A DNA stretch of 64,000 bases from the human T2T-CHM13v2.0 reference genome, Homo sapiens. The notes under the pieces were generated by a model, which had not been told where the DNA came from, did not search any database, and saw only the letters and a program-made list of their open reading frames with translations. Position numbers and translations under genes: made by a program. Below, one piece after another: positions 1-11,899 of the stretch (within the stretch, counting starts at the first letter, position 1; every line of letters starts with the position of its first letter). Where the stretch lies: assembly GCF_009914755.1 (NCBI RefSeq), contig NC_060945.1; one strand, given 5' to 3'.

Positions 1-650
1 CGTCACCGTCAGCATCCTTGTGAGCCTGCCCAAGGCCCCGCCTCCGGGGAGACTCTTGGGAGCCCGGCCTTCGTCGGCTAAAGTCCAAAGGGATGGTGAC
101 TTCCACCCACAAGGTCCCCACTGAACGGCGAAGATGTGGAGCGTAGGTCAGAGAGGGGACCAGGAGGGGAGACGTCCCGACAGGCGACGAGTTCCCAAGG
201 CTCTGGCCACCCCACCCACGCCCCACGCCCCACGTCCCGGGCACCCGCGGGACACCGCCGCTTTATCCCCTCCTCTGTCCACAGCCGGCCCCACCCCACC
301 ACGCAACCCACGCACACACGCTGGAGGTTCCAAAACCACACGGTGTGACTAGAGCCTGACGGAGCGAGAGCCCATTTCACGAGGTGGGAGGGGTGGGGGT
401 GGGGTGGGTTGGGGGTTGTGGGGTCTGTGGCGAGCCCGATTCTCCCTCTTGGGTGGCTACAGGCTAGAAATGAATATCGCTTCTTGGGCGGAGGGGCTTC
501 CTTAGGCCATCACCGCTTGTGGGACTACCTCTCAAACCCTCCCTTGAGGCCACAAAATAGATTCCACCCCACCCATCGACGTTTCCCCCGGGTGCTGGAT
601 GTATCCTGTCAAGAGACCTGAGCCTGACACCGTCGAATTAAACACCTTGA

Positions 651-846
<196 letters not shown>

Positions 847-918
847 TCTTTCATTGGTTTTCACTGGAGATTCTAGATTCGAGCCACACCTCATTCCGTG
901 CCACAGAGAGACTTCTTT

Positions 919-3900
919 TTTTTTTTTTTTTTAAGCGCAACGCAACATGTCTGCCTTATTTGAGTGGCTTCCTATATCATTATAATTGTGTTATAGATGA
1001 AGAAACGGTATTAAACACTGTGCTAATGATAGTGAAAGTGAAGACAAAAGAAAGGCTATCTATTTTGTGGTTAGAATAAAGTTGCTCAGTATTTAGAGCT
1101 ACCTAAATACGTCAGCATTTACACTCTTCCTAGTAAAAGCTGGCCAATCTGAATAATCCTCCTTTAAACAAACACAATTTTTGATAGGGTTAAGATTTTT
1201 TTAAGAATGCGACTCCTGCAAAATAGCTGAACAGACGATACACATTTAAAAAAATAACAACACAAGGATCAACCAGACTTGGGAAAAAATCGAAAACCAC
1301 ACAAGTCTTATGAAGAACTGAGTTCTTAAAATAGGACGGAGAACGTAGCTATCGGAAGAGAAGGCAGTATTGGCAAGTTGATTGTTACGTTGGTCAGCAG
1401 TAGCTGGCACTATCTTTTTGGCCATCTTTCGGGCAATGTAACTACTACAGCAAAATGAGATATGATCCATTAAACAACATATTCGCAAATCAAAAAGTGT
1501 TTCAGTAATATAATGCTTCAGATTTAGAAGCAAATCAAATGATAGAACTCCACTGCTGTAATAAGTCACCCCAAAGATCACCGTATCTGACAAAATAACT
1601 ACCACAGGGTTATGACTTCAGAATCATACTTTCTCTTGATATTTACTTATGTATGTATTTATTTTTTTTAATTTATTTCTCTTGAGACGGCGTCTCGCTC
1701 TGTCGCCCAGGCTGGAGTGCGATGGTGTGATCTCGGCTCACTGCAACCGCCACCTCCCTGGGTTCAAGCGATTCTCCTGCCTCAGCCTCCCGAGTAGCTG
1801 GGACTACAGGTGCCCGCCACCACGCCCAGCTAATCTTTATACTTTTAATAGAGACGGGGTTTCACCGTGTCGGCCCGGATGGTCTCGATCTCTTGACCTC
1901 GTGACCCGCCCGCCTCGGCCTCCCAAAGTGCTGGGATGACAGGCGTGAGCCACTGAGCCCGGCCTTCTCTTGACGTTTAAACTATGAAGTCAGTCCAGAG
2001 AAACGCAATAAATGTCAACGGTGAGGATGGTGTTGAGGCAGAAGTAGGACCACACTTTTTCCTATCTTATTCAGTTGATAACAATATGACCTAGGTAGTA
2101 ATTTCCTATGTGCCTACTTATACACGAGTACAAAAGAGTAAAACAGAGAGACTGCTAAATTAAAGGGTACGTGAAGTTCTTCATAGTAACTCCGTAAACT
2201 GGAACACTGTCAAAAAGCAGCAGCTAGTGAATTGTTTCCATGTATTTTTCTATGATCCAATAAGTGAACTATGCTATTCCTTTCCAGTCTCCCAAGCACT
2301 TCTTGTCCCCATCACCACTTCGGTGCTCGAAGAAAAAGTAACAAATCAAGGAACACAACTAAAGAAACACACACACAAACCAAAGACAACTACAGCGTCT
2401 GCAAAAGTTTGCTAGAAGACTGAAACTGTTGAGTATAAGGATCTGGTATTCTACGATCATGAGTTCACTTCAGAGTTTGTTCAAGACATACGTTTCGTAA
2501 GGAAACATCTTAGTTAGAAGTTATTCAGCAGTAGGTACCATCCCTAAGTATTTTTCACCAAATTCGTGACAATAAAGAGCTATCTAACCAGAAAAATTAG
2601 CGAGTACCGGCACCATCCATAGGGCTTTGTCTTTACGCTTCATTAGCACTTACCATGCCTTACAATGTCTAGGATTGACCCTGATAGCATTTCGAAAACA
2701 AGCTAATGCTTTGTCCAGTTCTTCAGTGAAGACAAGCTCACGCCCTAATGCGCTATAGGCATAAGCATCATTTGGATCCACTTCGAGAGTTCTCTGGAAG
2801 AATTGAATCGCAATATCGTGTTCCCGTTGCAGACCGAAACAGTTCCCTGCAGCACACCAGGCCTCTGGCTGGCGAATTTTTATCCATGTCTGTGAAGTCT
2901 TTGGACAGAACTGAAAGAGCAACCTCTTTCGGAGGATGCCAAAGTGTTGTAGAGTAGATCTCCATGCCTTCGACTCTGTAATTCTCAATCCTCCTAACCT
3001 CTGAGAATTGTCTTTCAGCTTGCGTGGACTCTGAAAGTTTACAATAGGCCCTTCCGATTTGGCACAGTACCCAACCGGTATTGCAGTGGTGAGAAGCTAG
3101 ATGGCTCAAGATGCTGATAGCTTCTTTGCCGTGGTAAGAACACAAAGCTAAATAACCTTTCCCCCTTTCACGAAGAAGGCTCATCAAGCCTTCCGCTGCT
3201 GCTTTTTGTAGATTAAAAGCCTGAATCTGAGGCGCGATTGCGGCTATTTTCCCTTCTGAAATGACGGAAGAGTCCAATTTTGTCACTTCCAGGCTATCAC
3301 TTATGTTCGGTGGAGTTATTGCTCCTTTATTAGTTTTACTTTTGGTTCTTCTGTTTGGGATTTTAGGTGGAAACTTCATTTTTAATTTTCTCCTATTCTC
3401 CTCGGTTGTGGAGCTGTCACTAGTCAAGAGTCGTGAATGTCTTCGAGGCGGTGCATTTGGGGGAGATGCCATAGTGGGGCTCAATACCTGAGGTGTTGCC
3501 CTTGTCGGCGGACCAGAACTTTGTGTTTTTGCAAGGACTGGAGTTACCTTTCGGCTCTTTCCCCTCTGCGAGAAGACAGACGGTGTTCCGGTTTGGCCGA
3601 TTCTGGCAACAGGCTTTTTTGAAGGGGCTCCGGTGGATGGCACGTCAATGACAGACGGTGTCTCATACCAGTGCAGTTTTGTCAATAGGGTCCGTCTCCG
3701 GGACTTGGGGTTTCTAATGGCAAAATGCCAACACTTGGGGTTAATGGACTAACAGCTGCTGGTCCTCCTAATAAACTTCGACCAGTTTTTGGTTTATGTT
3801 GAACCTGTTTAGATCATATGGAAGTTCCTGTTCCCAGTGGGACAGTATCAGGTGAAAGGACAGCTGAATCGATAGAAGACACTGGGGAGTCTGTATTCAA

Positions 3901-4711
3901 GGAGTACTTTGAATTGGAAGATTCTAAATTCCATCCGTTTCATTCGACGGTGTCCTGGGGTGTTTCCGTAAGAACGGTCTCGGGCTGTCTGTGACATAAA
4001 CTAGGACGAGGTCCAAGTGTTGTGGCGCAACACTTGGACAGGCAGTTGCTAAAGCTCTCTAGAGAGGTGAATCAAAATGTTTGGTCAGGATCTGGCTTTT
4101 CCCCCCTATTTCACATCATGATTCAAAGGGACACCAGAGGAAAGGATTTCAACGAAGGCTCTTTTGGTCACATTCTGATCCTTTGGTAAGCCGATCTGTC
4201 TTGCAATATACATGTCCCGACGATGGAAGGGGAAAGCGAGCTGAATCACCAAACTCAGGAACGATAATATCATCGTGGCTTTTCTGCTTATGAAACACTC
4301 CACCCGATAAGATTTGATCCCCTTCTGCAAGCTTGCTGAGATCAACACAACATTTCGCAAGCAGGCATTTGCATTGCGGGGTAGTACAACTGTGTCCTTT
4401 CAAGAGTCTATATGTTTTATAGGCCTTTCCTGAGCGGTAAGAACAGGTCGCCAGTAAGAACAAGGCTTCTTCTGAGTGTACTTCTGCATAAAGGCGTTCT
4501 GCGGGGGAAACCGCATCTCGGTAGGCATAGTGGTTTAGTGCTTGCCATATAGCAGCCTGGACGGGTCCCTGCAGCACCGCCATCCTCGAGGCTCAGGCCC
4601 ACTTTCTGCAGTGCCACAGGCACCCCCCCCCCCCATAGCGGCTCCGGCCCGGCCAGCCCCGGCTCATTTAAAGGCACCAGCCGCCGTTACCGGGGGATGG
4701 GGGAGTCCGAG
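919..4711 (-). pseudogene. CDC27: CDC27 (APC3) processed pseudogene: 5'UTR plus frameshifted coding part 4583-2654, then ~1.7 kb non-exonic 3' extension and poly(A)
   Basis: ORF fragments MAVLQGPVQAAIWQALNHYAYRDAV..., ...AFNLQKAAAEGLMSLLRE...RRIENYRVEGMEIYSTTLWH and ...EAWCAAGNCF...EELDKALACFRNAIRVNPRH match CDC27 TPR protein; intronless and broken by frameshifts and stops; left boundary inferred from T tract 916-932 and TSD. Confidence 0.93.
1646..1964 (-). mobile_element. Full-length Alu nested in the CDC27 retrocopy 3' extension
   Basis: Complete dimeric antisense Alu; candidate TSDs TTCTCTTGATATTTA (1631-1645) and TTCTCTTGACGTTTA (1965-1979). Confidence 0.92.
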
Positions 4712-5236
4712 ACAGAATGACTTCTTTATCCTGCTGACTCTGGAAAGCCCGGCGCCTTGTGATCCATTGCAAACCGAGAGTCACCTCGTGTTTAGAACAC
4801 GGATCCACTCCCAAGTTCAGTGGGGGGATGTGAGGGGTGTGGCAGGTAGGACGAAGGACTCTCTTCCTTCTGATTCGGTCTGCACAGTGGGGCCTAGGGC
4901 TGGAGCTCTCTCCGTGCGGACCGCTGACTCCCTCTACCTTGGGTTCCCTCGGCCCCACCCTGGAACGCCGGGCCTTGGCAGATTCTGGCCCTTCCTGGCC
5001 CTTCAGTCGCTGTCAGAAACCCCATCTCATGCTCGGATGCCCCGAGTGACTGTGGCTCGCACCTCTCCGGAAACATTGGAAATCTCTCCTCTACGCGCGG
5101 CCACCTGAAACCACAGGAGCTCGGGACACACGTGCTTTCGGGAGAGAATGCTGAGAGTCTCTTGCCGACTCTCTCTTGACTTGAGTTCTTCGTGGGTGCG
5201 TGGTTAAGACGTAGTGAGACCAGATGTATTAACTCA

Positions 5237-5401
5237 GGCCGGGTGCTGGTGGCTCACGCCTGTAACCCCAACACTTTGGGAGGCCGAGGCCGTAGGATCC
5301 CTCGAGGAATCGCCTAACCCTGGGGAGGTTGAGGTTGCAGTGAGTGAGCCATAGTTGTGTCACTGTGCTCCAGTCTGGGCGAAAGACAGAATGAGGCCCT
5401 G
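5237..5401 (+). mobile_element. Alu, monomer-length or internally deleted, followed by (GGCA)n
   Basis: ggccgggtgctggtggctcacgcctgtaacccc...gaggttgcagtgag...ctccagtctgggcg. Confidence 0.8.
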
Positions 5402-5499
5402 CCACAGGCAGGCAGGCAGGCAGGCAGGCAGAAAGACAACAGCTGTATTATGTTCTTCTCAGGGTAGGAAGCAAAAATAACAGAATACAGCACTTAATT

Positions 5500-5802
<303 letters not shown>

Positions 5803-5846
5803 TACGTTTATTTATTTATTTTTTTAATTATTTTACTTTTTTTTAG

Positions 5847-6199
<353 letters not shown>

Positions 6200-6279
6200 T
6201 ATTTATCTATTTATTAACTTTGAGTCCAGGTTATGAAACCAGTTAGTTTTTGTAATTTTTTTTTTTTTTTTTTTTTTTT

Positions 6280-6385
6280 TGAGACGAGGTTTCACCGTGT
6301 TGCCAAGGCTTGGACCGAGGGATCCACCGGCCCTCGGCCTCCCAAAAGTGCGGGGATGACAGGCGCGAGCCTACCGCGCCCGGAC
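6280..6385 (-). mobile_element. Alu left-arm fragment
   Basis: T tract then gagacgaggtttcaccgtgttgcca...cctcccaaaagtgcggggatgacaggcgcgagcc. Confidence 0.8.
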
Positions 6386-6927
6386 CCCCCCTTTCCCCTT
6401 CCCCCGCTTGTCTTCCCGACAGACAGTTTCACGGCAGAGCGTTTGGCTGGCGTGCTTAAACTCATTCTAAATAGAAATTTGGGACGTCAGCTTCTGGCCT
6501 CACGGACTCTGAGCCGAGGAGTCCCCTGGTCTGTCTATCACAGGACCGTACACGTAAGGAGGAGAAAAATCGTAACGTTCAAAGTCAGTCATTTTGTGAT
6601 ACAGAAATACACGGATTCACCCAAAACACAGAAAGCAGTCTTTTAGAAATGGCCTTAGCCCTGGTGTCCGTGCCAGTGATTCTTTTCGGTTTGGACCTTG
6701 ACTGAGAGGATTCCCAGTCGGTCTCTCGTCTCTGGACGGAAGTTCCAGATGATCCGATGGGTGGGGGACTTAGGCTGCGTCCCCCCAGGAGCCCTGGTCG
6801 ATTAGTTGTGGGGATCGCCTTGGAGGGCGCGGTGACCCACTGTGCTGTGGGAGCCTCCATCCTTCCCCCCACCCCCTCCCCAGGGGATCCCAATTCATTC
6901 CGGGCTGACACGCTCACTGGCAGGCGT

Positions 6928-6947
6928 CGGGCATCACCTAGCGGTCA
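6928..6947 (-). promoter_or_regulatory. CTCF-like motif about 5 kb upstream of the TSS
   Basis: Minus strand reads TGACCGCTAGGTGATGCCCG, resembling the CTCF core CCRSYAGRKGGCRS. Confidence 0.55.
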
Positions 6948-7185
6948 CTGTTACTCTGAAAACGGAGGCCTCACAGAGGAAGGGAGCACCAGGCCGCCTG
7001 CGCACAGCCTGGGGCAACTGTGTCTTCTCCACCGCCCCCGCCCCCACCTCCAAGTTCCTCCCTCCCTTGTTGCCTAGGAAATCGCCACTTTGACGACCGG
7101 GTCTGATTGACCTTTGATCAGGCAAAAACGAACAAACAGATAAATAAATAAAATAACACAAAAGTAACTAACTAAATAAAATAAG

Positions 7186-7327
7186 TCAATACAACCCATT
7201 ACAATACAATAAGATACGATACGATAGGATGCGATAGGATACGATAGGATACAATACAATACGATACGATACAATACAATACAATACAATACAATACAAT
7301 ACAATACAATACAATACAATACAATAC
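7186..7327 (+). repeat. (ATACA)n/(ATACG)n/(ATAGG)n pentanucleotide microsatellite
   Basis: Direct reading. Confidence 0.95.
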
Positions 7328-7612
<285 letters not shown>

Positions 7613-7695
7613 ATAAATACATAAATAAATACATACATACATACATACATACATACATAAATTAAAATAAATAAATAAAATAAAATAAATAAATG

Positions 7696-8160
<465 letters not shown>

Positions 8161-8432
8161 TTAACTTCATTTTATGTTATTATCATGATTGATGTTTCGA
8201 GACGGAGTCTCGGAGGCCCGCCCTCCCTGGTTGCCCAGACAACCCCGGGAGACAGACCCTGGCTGGGCCCGATTGTTCTTCTCCTTGGTCAGGGGTTTCC
8301 TTGTCTTTCTTCGTGTCTTTAACCCGCGTGGACTCTTCCGCTCGGGTTTGACAGATGGCAGCTCCACTTTAGGCCTTGTTGTTGTTGGGGACTTTCCTGA
8401 TTCTCCCCAGATGTAGTGAAAGCAGGTAGATT

Positions 8433-8462
8433 TGCCTTGCCTGGACTTGCCTGGCCTTGCCT
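8433..8462 (+). promoter_or_regulatory. RGC (ribosomal gene cluster) p53 response element
   Basis: TGCCTTGCCT-GGACTTGCCT-GGCCTTGCCT, three RRRCWWGYYY-like decamers; recognised as the classic RGC/PG13 p53 site. Confidence 0.88.
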
Positions 8463-8495
8463 TTTCTTTCTTTCTTTCTTTATTACTTTCTCTTT

Positions 8496-8567
8496 TTCTT
8501 CTTCTTCTTCTTCTTCTTCTTCTTCTTCTTCTTCTTCTTCTTCTTCTTCTTCTTCTTCTTCTTCTTC
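8496..8567 (+). repeat. (TTC)~24 trinucleotide repeat derived from an Alu tail
   Basis: Direct reading; abuts the antisense Alu at 8575. Confidence 0.95.
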
Positions 8568-8574
8568 TTTTTTT

Positions 8575-8856
8575 TGAGACAGAGTTTCACTCTTGTTGCC
8601 CAGGCTAGAGGGCAATGGTGCGATCTCGGCTCACCGCACCCTCCGCCTCCCAGGTTCAAGCGATTCTCCTGCCTCAGCCTCCTGATTAGCTGGGATTACA
8701 GGCATGGGCCACCGTGCCTGGCTGATGTTTGTACTTTTAGTAGAGACGGTGTTTTTCCATGTTGGTCAGGCTGGTCTCCCACTCCCAACCTCAGGTGGTC
8801 CGCCTGCCTTAGCCTCCCAAAGTGCTGGGATGACAGGCGTGAGCCACCGCGCCCAG

Positions 8857-8858
<2 letters not shown>
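8575..8858 (-). mobile_element. Full-length Alu
   Basis: gagacagagtttcactcttgttgcccaggct...gtgagccaccgcgcccagcc. Confidence 0.92.
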
Positions 8859-8897
<39 letters not shown>

Positions 8898-9544
8898 CGC
8901 TTGCTTGCTTGCTTTCGTGCTTTCTTGCTTTCCCGTTTTCTTGCTTTCTTTCTTTCTTTCGTTTCTTTCATGCTTGCTTTCTTGCTTGCTTGCTTGCTTT
9001 CGTGCTTTCTTGCTTTCCTGTTTTCTTTTTCTTTCTTTCTTTCTTTCTTTCTTTTGTTTCTTTCTTGCTTGCTTTCTTGCTTGCTTGCTTGCTTTCGTGC
9101 TTTCTTGCTTTCCTGTTTTCTTTCTTTCTTTCTTTCTTTTGTTTCTTTCTTGCTTGCTTTCTTGCTTGCTTGCTTTCGTGCTTTCTTGTTTTCTCGATTT
9201 CTTTCTTTCTTTTGTTTCTTTCCTGCTTGCTTTCTTGCTTGATTGCTTTCGTGCTTTCTTGCTTTCTTGTTTTCTTTCTTTCTTTTGTTTCTTTCTTTCT
9301 TGCTTCCTTGTTTTCTTGCTTTCTTGCTTGCTTGCTTTCGTGCTTTCTTGTTTTCTTGCTTTCTTTCTTTTGTTTCTTTCTTGCTTGCTTTCTTGCTTCC
9401 TTGTTTTCTTGCTTTCTTGCTTGCTTGCTTTCGTGCTTTCTTTCTTGCTTTCTTTTCTTTCTTTCTTTTCTTTTTCTTTCTTTCTTGCTTTCTTTTCTTT
9501 CATTCATTCATTCTTTCTTTCTTTCCTTTCTTTCTTTCTTTCTT

Positions 9545-9587
<43 letters not shown>

Positions 9588-9590
9588 GTT
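8859..9590 (+). repeat. Pyrimidine-rich compound repeat, (CT)n/(CTTG)n/(CTTT)n, with a ~86 bp higher-order unit
   Basis: GCTTTCGTGCTTTC recurs 7 times between 8911 and 9440. Confidence 0.9.
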
Positions 9591-9600
9591 TCGTCCTTTT

Positions 9601-9890
<290 letters not shown>

Positions 9891-10976
9891 TGTTGACTCA
9901 TTTCGCTTTTTTATTTCTTTCGTTTCCACGCGTTTACTTATATGTATTAATGTAAACGTTTCTGTACGCTTATATGCAAACAACGACAACGTGTATCTCT
10001 GCATTGAATACTCTTGCGTATGGTAAATACGTATCGGTTGTATGGAAATAGACTTCTGTATGATAGATGTAGGTGTTTGTGTTATACAAATAAATACACA
10101 TCGCTCTATAAAGAAGGGATCGTCGATAAAGACGTTTATTTTACGTATGAAAAGCGTCGTATTTATGTGTGTAAATGAACGAGCGTACGTAGTTATCTCT
10201 GTTTTCTTTCTTCCTCTCCTTCGTGTTTTTCTTCCTTCCTTTCTTTCTTTCTCTCCTTCTTTAGGTTTTTCTTCCTCTCTTCCTTTCCTTCTTTCTCTCT
10301 TTCTGTCCTTTTTTCCTTCGTGCTTTATTTCTCTTTCGTTCCCTGTGTTTCCTTCTTTTTTCTTTCCTCTCTGTTTCTTTTTCCCTTCTTTCCTTCGTTT
10401 CTTTCCTCATTCTTTCTCTCTTTTTCGTGTTTCTTTCCTTCCCGTCTGTCTTTTAAAAAATGGAGTGTTTCAGAAGTTTACTTTGTGTATCTACGTTTTC
10501 TAAATTGTCTCTCTTTTCTCCATTTTCTTCCTCCCTCCCTCCCTCCCTCCCTCCCTGCTCCCTTCCCTCCCTCCTTCCCTTTCGCCATCTGTCTCTTTTC
10601 CCCACTCCCCTCCCCCCGTCTGTCTCTGCGTGGATTCCGGAAGAGCCTACGCATTCTGCCTCTCCGTGTGTCTGCAGCGACCCGCGACCGAGTCCTTGTG
10701 TGTTCTTTCTCCCTCCCTCCCTCCCTCCCTCCCTCCCTCCCTCCCTCCCTCCCTGCTTCCGAGAGGCATCTCCAAACACCCACGCGCCGTGGGTTGTCTT
10801 CTGACTCTGTCACGGTCGAGGCAGAGACGCGTTTTGGGCACCGTTTGTGTGGGGTTGGGGCAGAGGGGCTGCGTTTTCGGCCTCGGGAAGAGCTTCTCGA
10901 CTCACGGTTTCGCTTTCGCGGTCCACGGGCCGCCCTGCCAGCCGGATCTGTCTCGCTGACGTCCGCGGCGGTTGTC

Positions 10977-10996
10977 GGGCTCCATCTGGCGGCCGC
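10977..10996 (-). promoter_or_regulatory. CTCF site at the upstream boundary of the spacer promoter
   Basis: Minus strand GCGGCCGCCAGATGGAGCCC fits the CTCF core; about -900 from the TSS, where a CTCF boundary is known in human rDNA. Confidence 0.75.
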
Positions 10997-11189
10997 TTTG
11001 AGATCGTGCTCTCGGCTTCCGGAGCTGCGGTGGCAGCTGCCGAGGGAGGGGACCGTCCCCGCTGTGAGCTAGGCAGAGCTCCGGAAAGCCCGCGGTCGTC
11101 AGCCCGGCTGGCCCGGTGGCGCCAGAGCTGTGGCGCGTCGCTTGTGAGTCACAGCTCTGGCGTGCAGGTTTATGTGGGGGAGAGGCTGT

Positions 11190-11281
11190 CGCTGCGCTTC
11201 TGGGCCCGAGGCGGGCGTGGGGCTGCCCGGGCCGGTCGACCAGCGCGCCGTAGCTCCCGAGGCCCGAGCCGCGACCCGCGG
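11190..11281 (+). ncRNA. MIR6724: MIR6724-like hairpin in the spacer-promoter region
   Basis: ctgggcccgaggcgggcgtgggg at 11200-11222 resembles miR-6724-5p as recalled (one mismatch). Confidence 0.5.
11233..11243 (+). terminator. Spacer terminator (Tsp), Sal-box/TTF1 site
   Basis: CGGTCGACCAG, 10/11 match to GGGTCGACCAG, about -645. Confidence 0.7.
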
Positions 11282-11705
11282 GGACCCGCCGCGCGTGGCG
11301 CGGGAGGCTGGGGACGCCCTTCCCGGCCCGGTCGCGGGTCCGCGCTCATCCTGGCCGTCTGAGGCGGCGGCCGAATTCGTTTCCGAGTCCCCGTGGGGAG
11401 CCGGGGACCGTCCCGCCCCCGTCCCCCGGGTGCCGGGGAGCGGTCCCCGGGCCGGGCCGCGGTCCCTCTGCCGCGATCCTTTCTGGCGAGTCCCCGTGCG
11501 GAGTCGGAGAGCGCTCCCTGAGCGCGCGTGCGGCCCGAGAGGTCGCGCCTGGCCGGCCTTCGGTCCCTCGTGTGTCCCGGTCGTAGGAGGGGCCGGCCGA
11601 AAATGCTTCCGGCTCCCGCTCTGGAGACACGGGCCGGCCCCCTGCGTGTGGCACGGGCGGCCGGGAGGGCGTCCCCGGCCCGGCGCTGCTCCCGCGTGTG
11701 TCCTG

Positions 11706-11716
11706 GGGTTGACCAG
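11706..11716 (+). terminator. Promoter-proximal terminator T0 (TTF1 site)
   Basis: GGGTTGACCAG, 10/11 match to the Sal box, about -170. Confidence 0.75.
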
Positions 11717-11725
11717 AGGGCCCCG

Positions 11726-11899
11726 GGCGCTCCGTGTGTGGCTGCGATGGTGGCGTTTTTGGGGACAGGTGTCCGTGTCGCGCGTCGCCTGGGCCGGCGG
11801 CGTGGTCGGTGACGCGACCTCCCGGCCCCGGGGGAGGTATATCTTTCGCTCCGAGTCGGCATTTTGGGCCGCCGGGTTATTGCTGACACGCTGTCCTCT
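11726..11899 (+). promoter_or_regulatory. RNA polymerase I promoter (UCE about -156..-107, core about -45..+18); TSS at 11882
   Basis: aggtatatctttcgctccgagtcggcattttgggccgccgggttatt|GCTGACACGCTGTCCTCTGG is the human rDNA core promoter and initiator. Confidence 0.93.

Noticed and set aside
2650-4583. Functional CDC27 gene
   Set aside because: Intronless, split by frameshifts and stops, missing the C-terminal part
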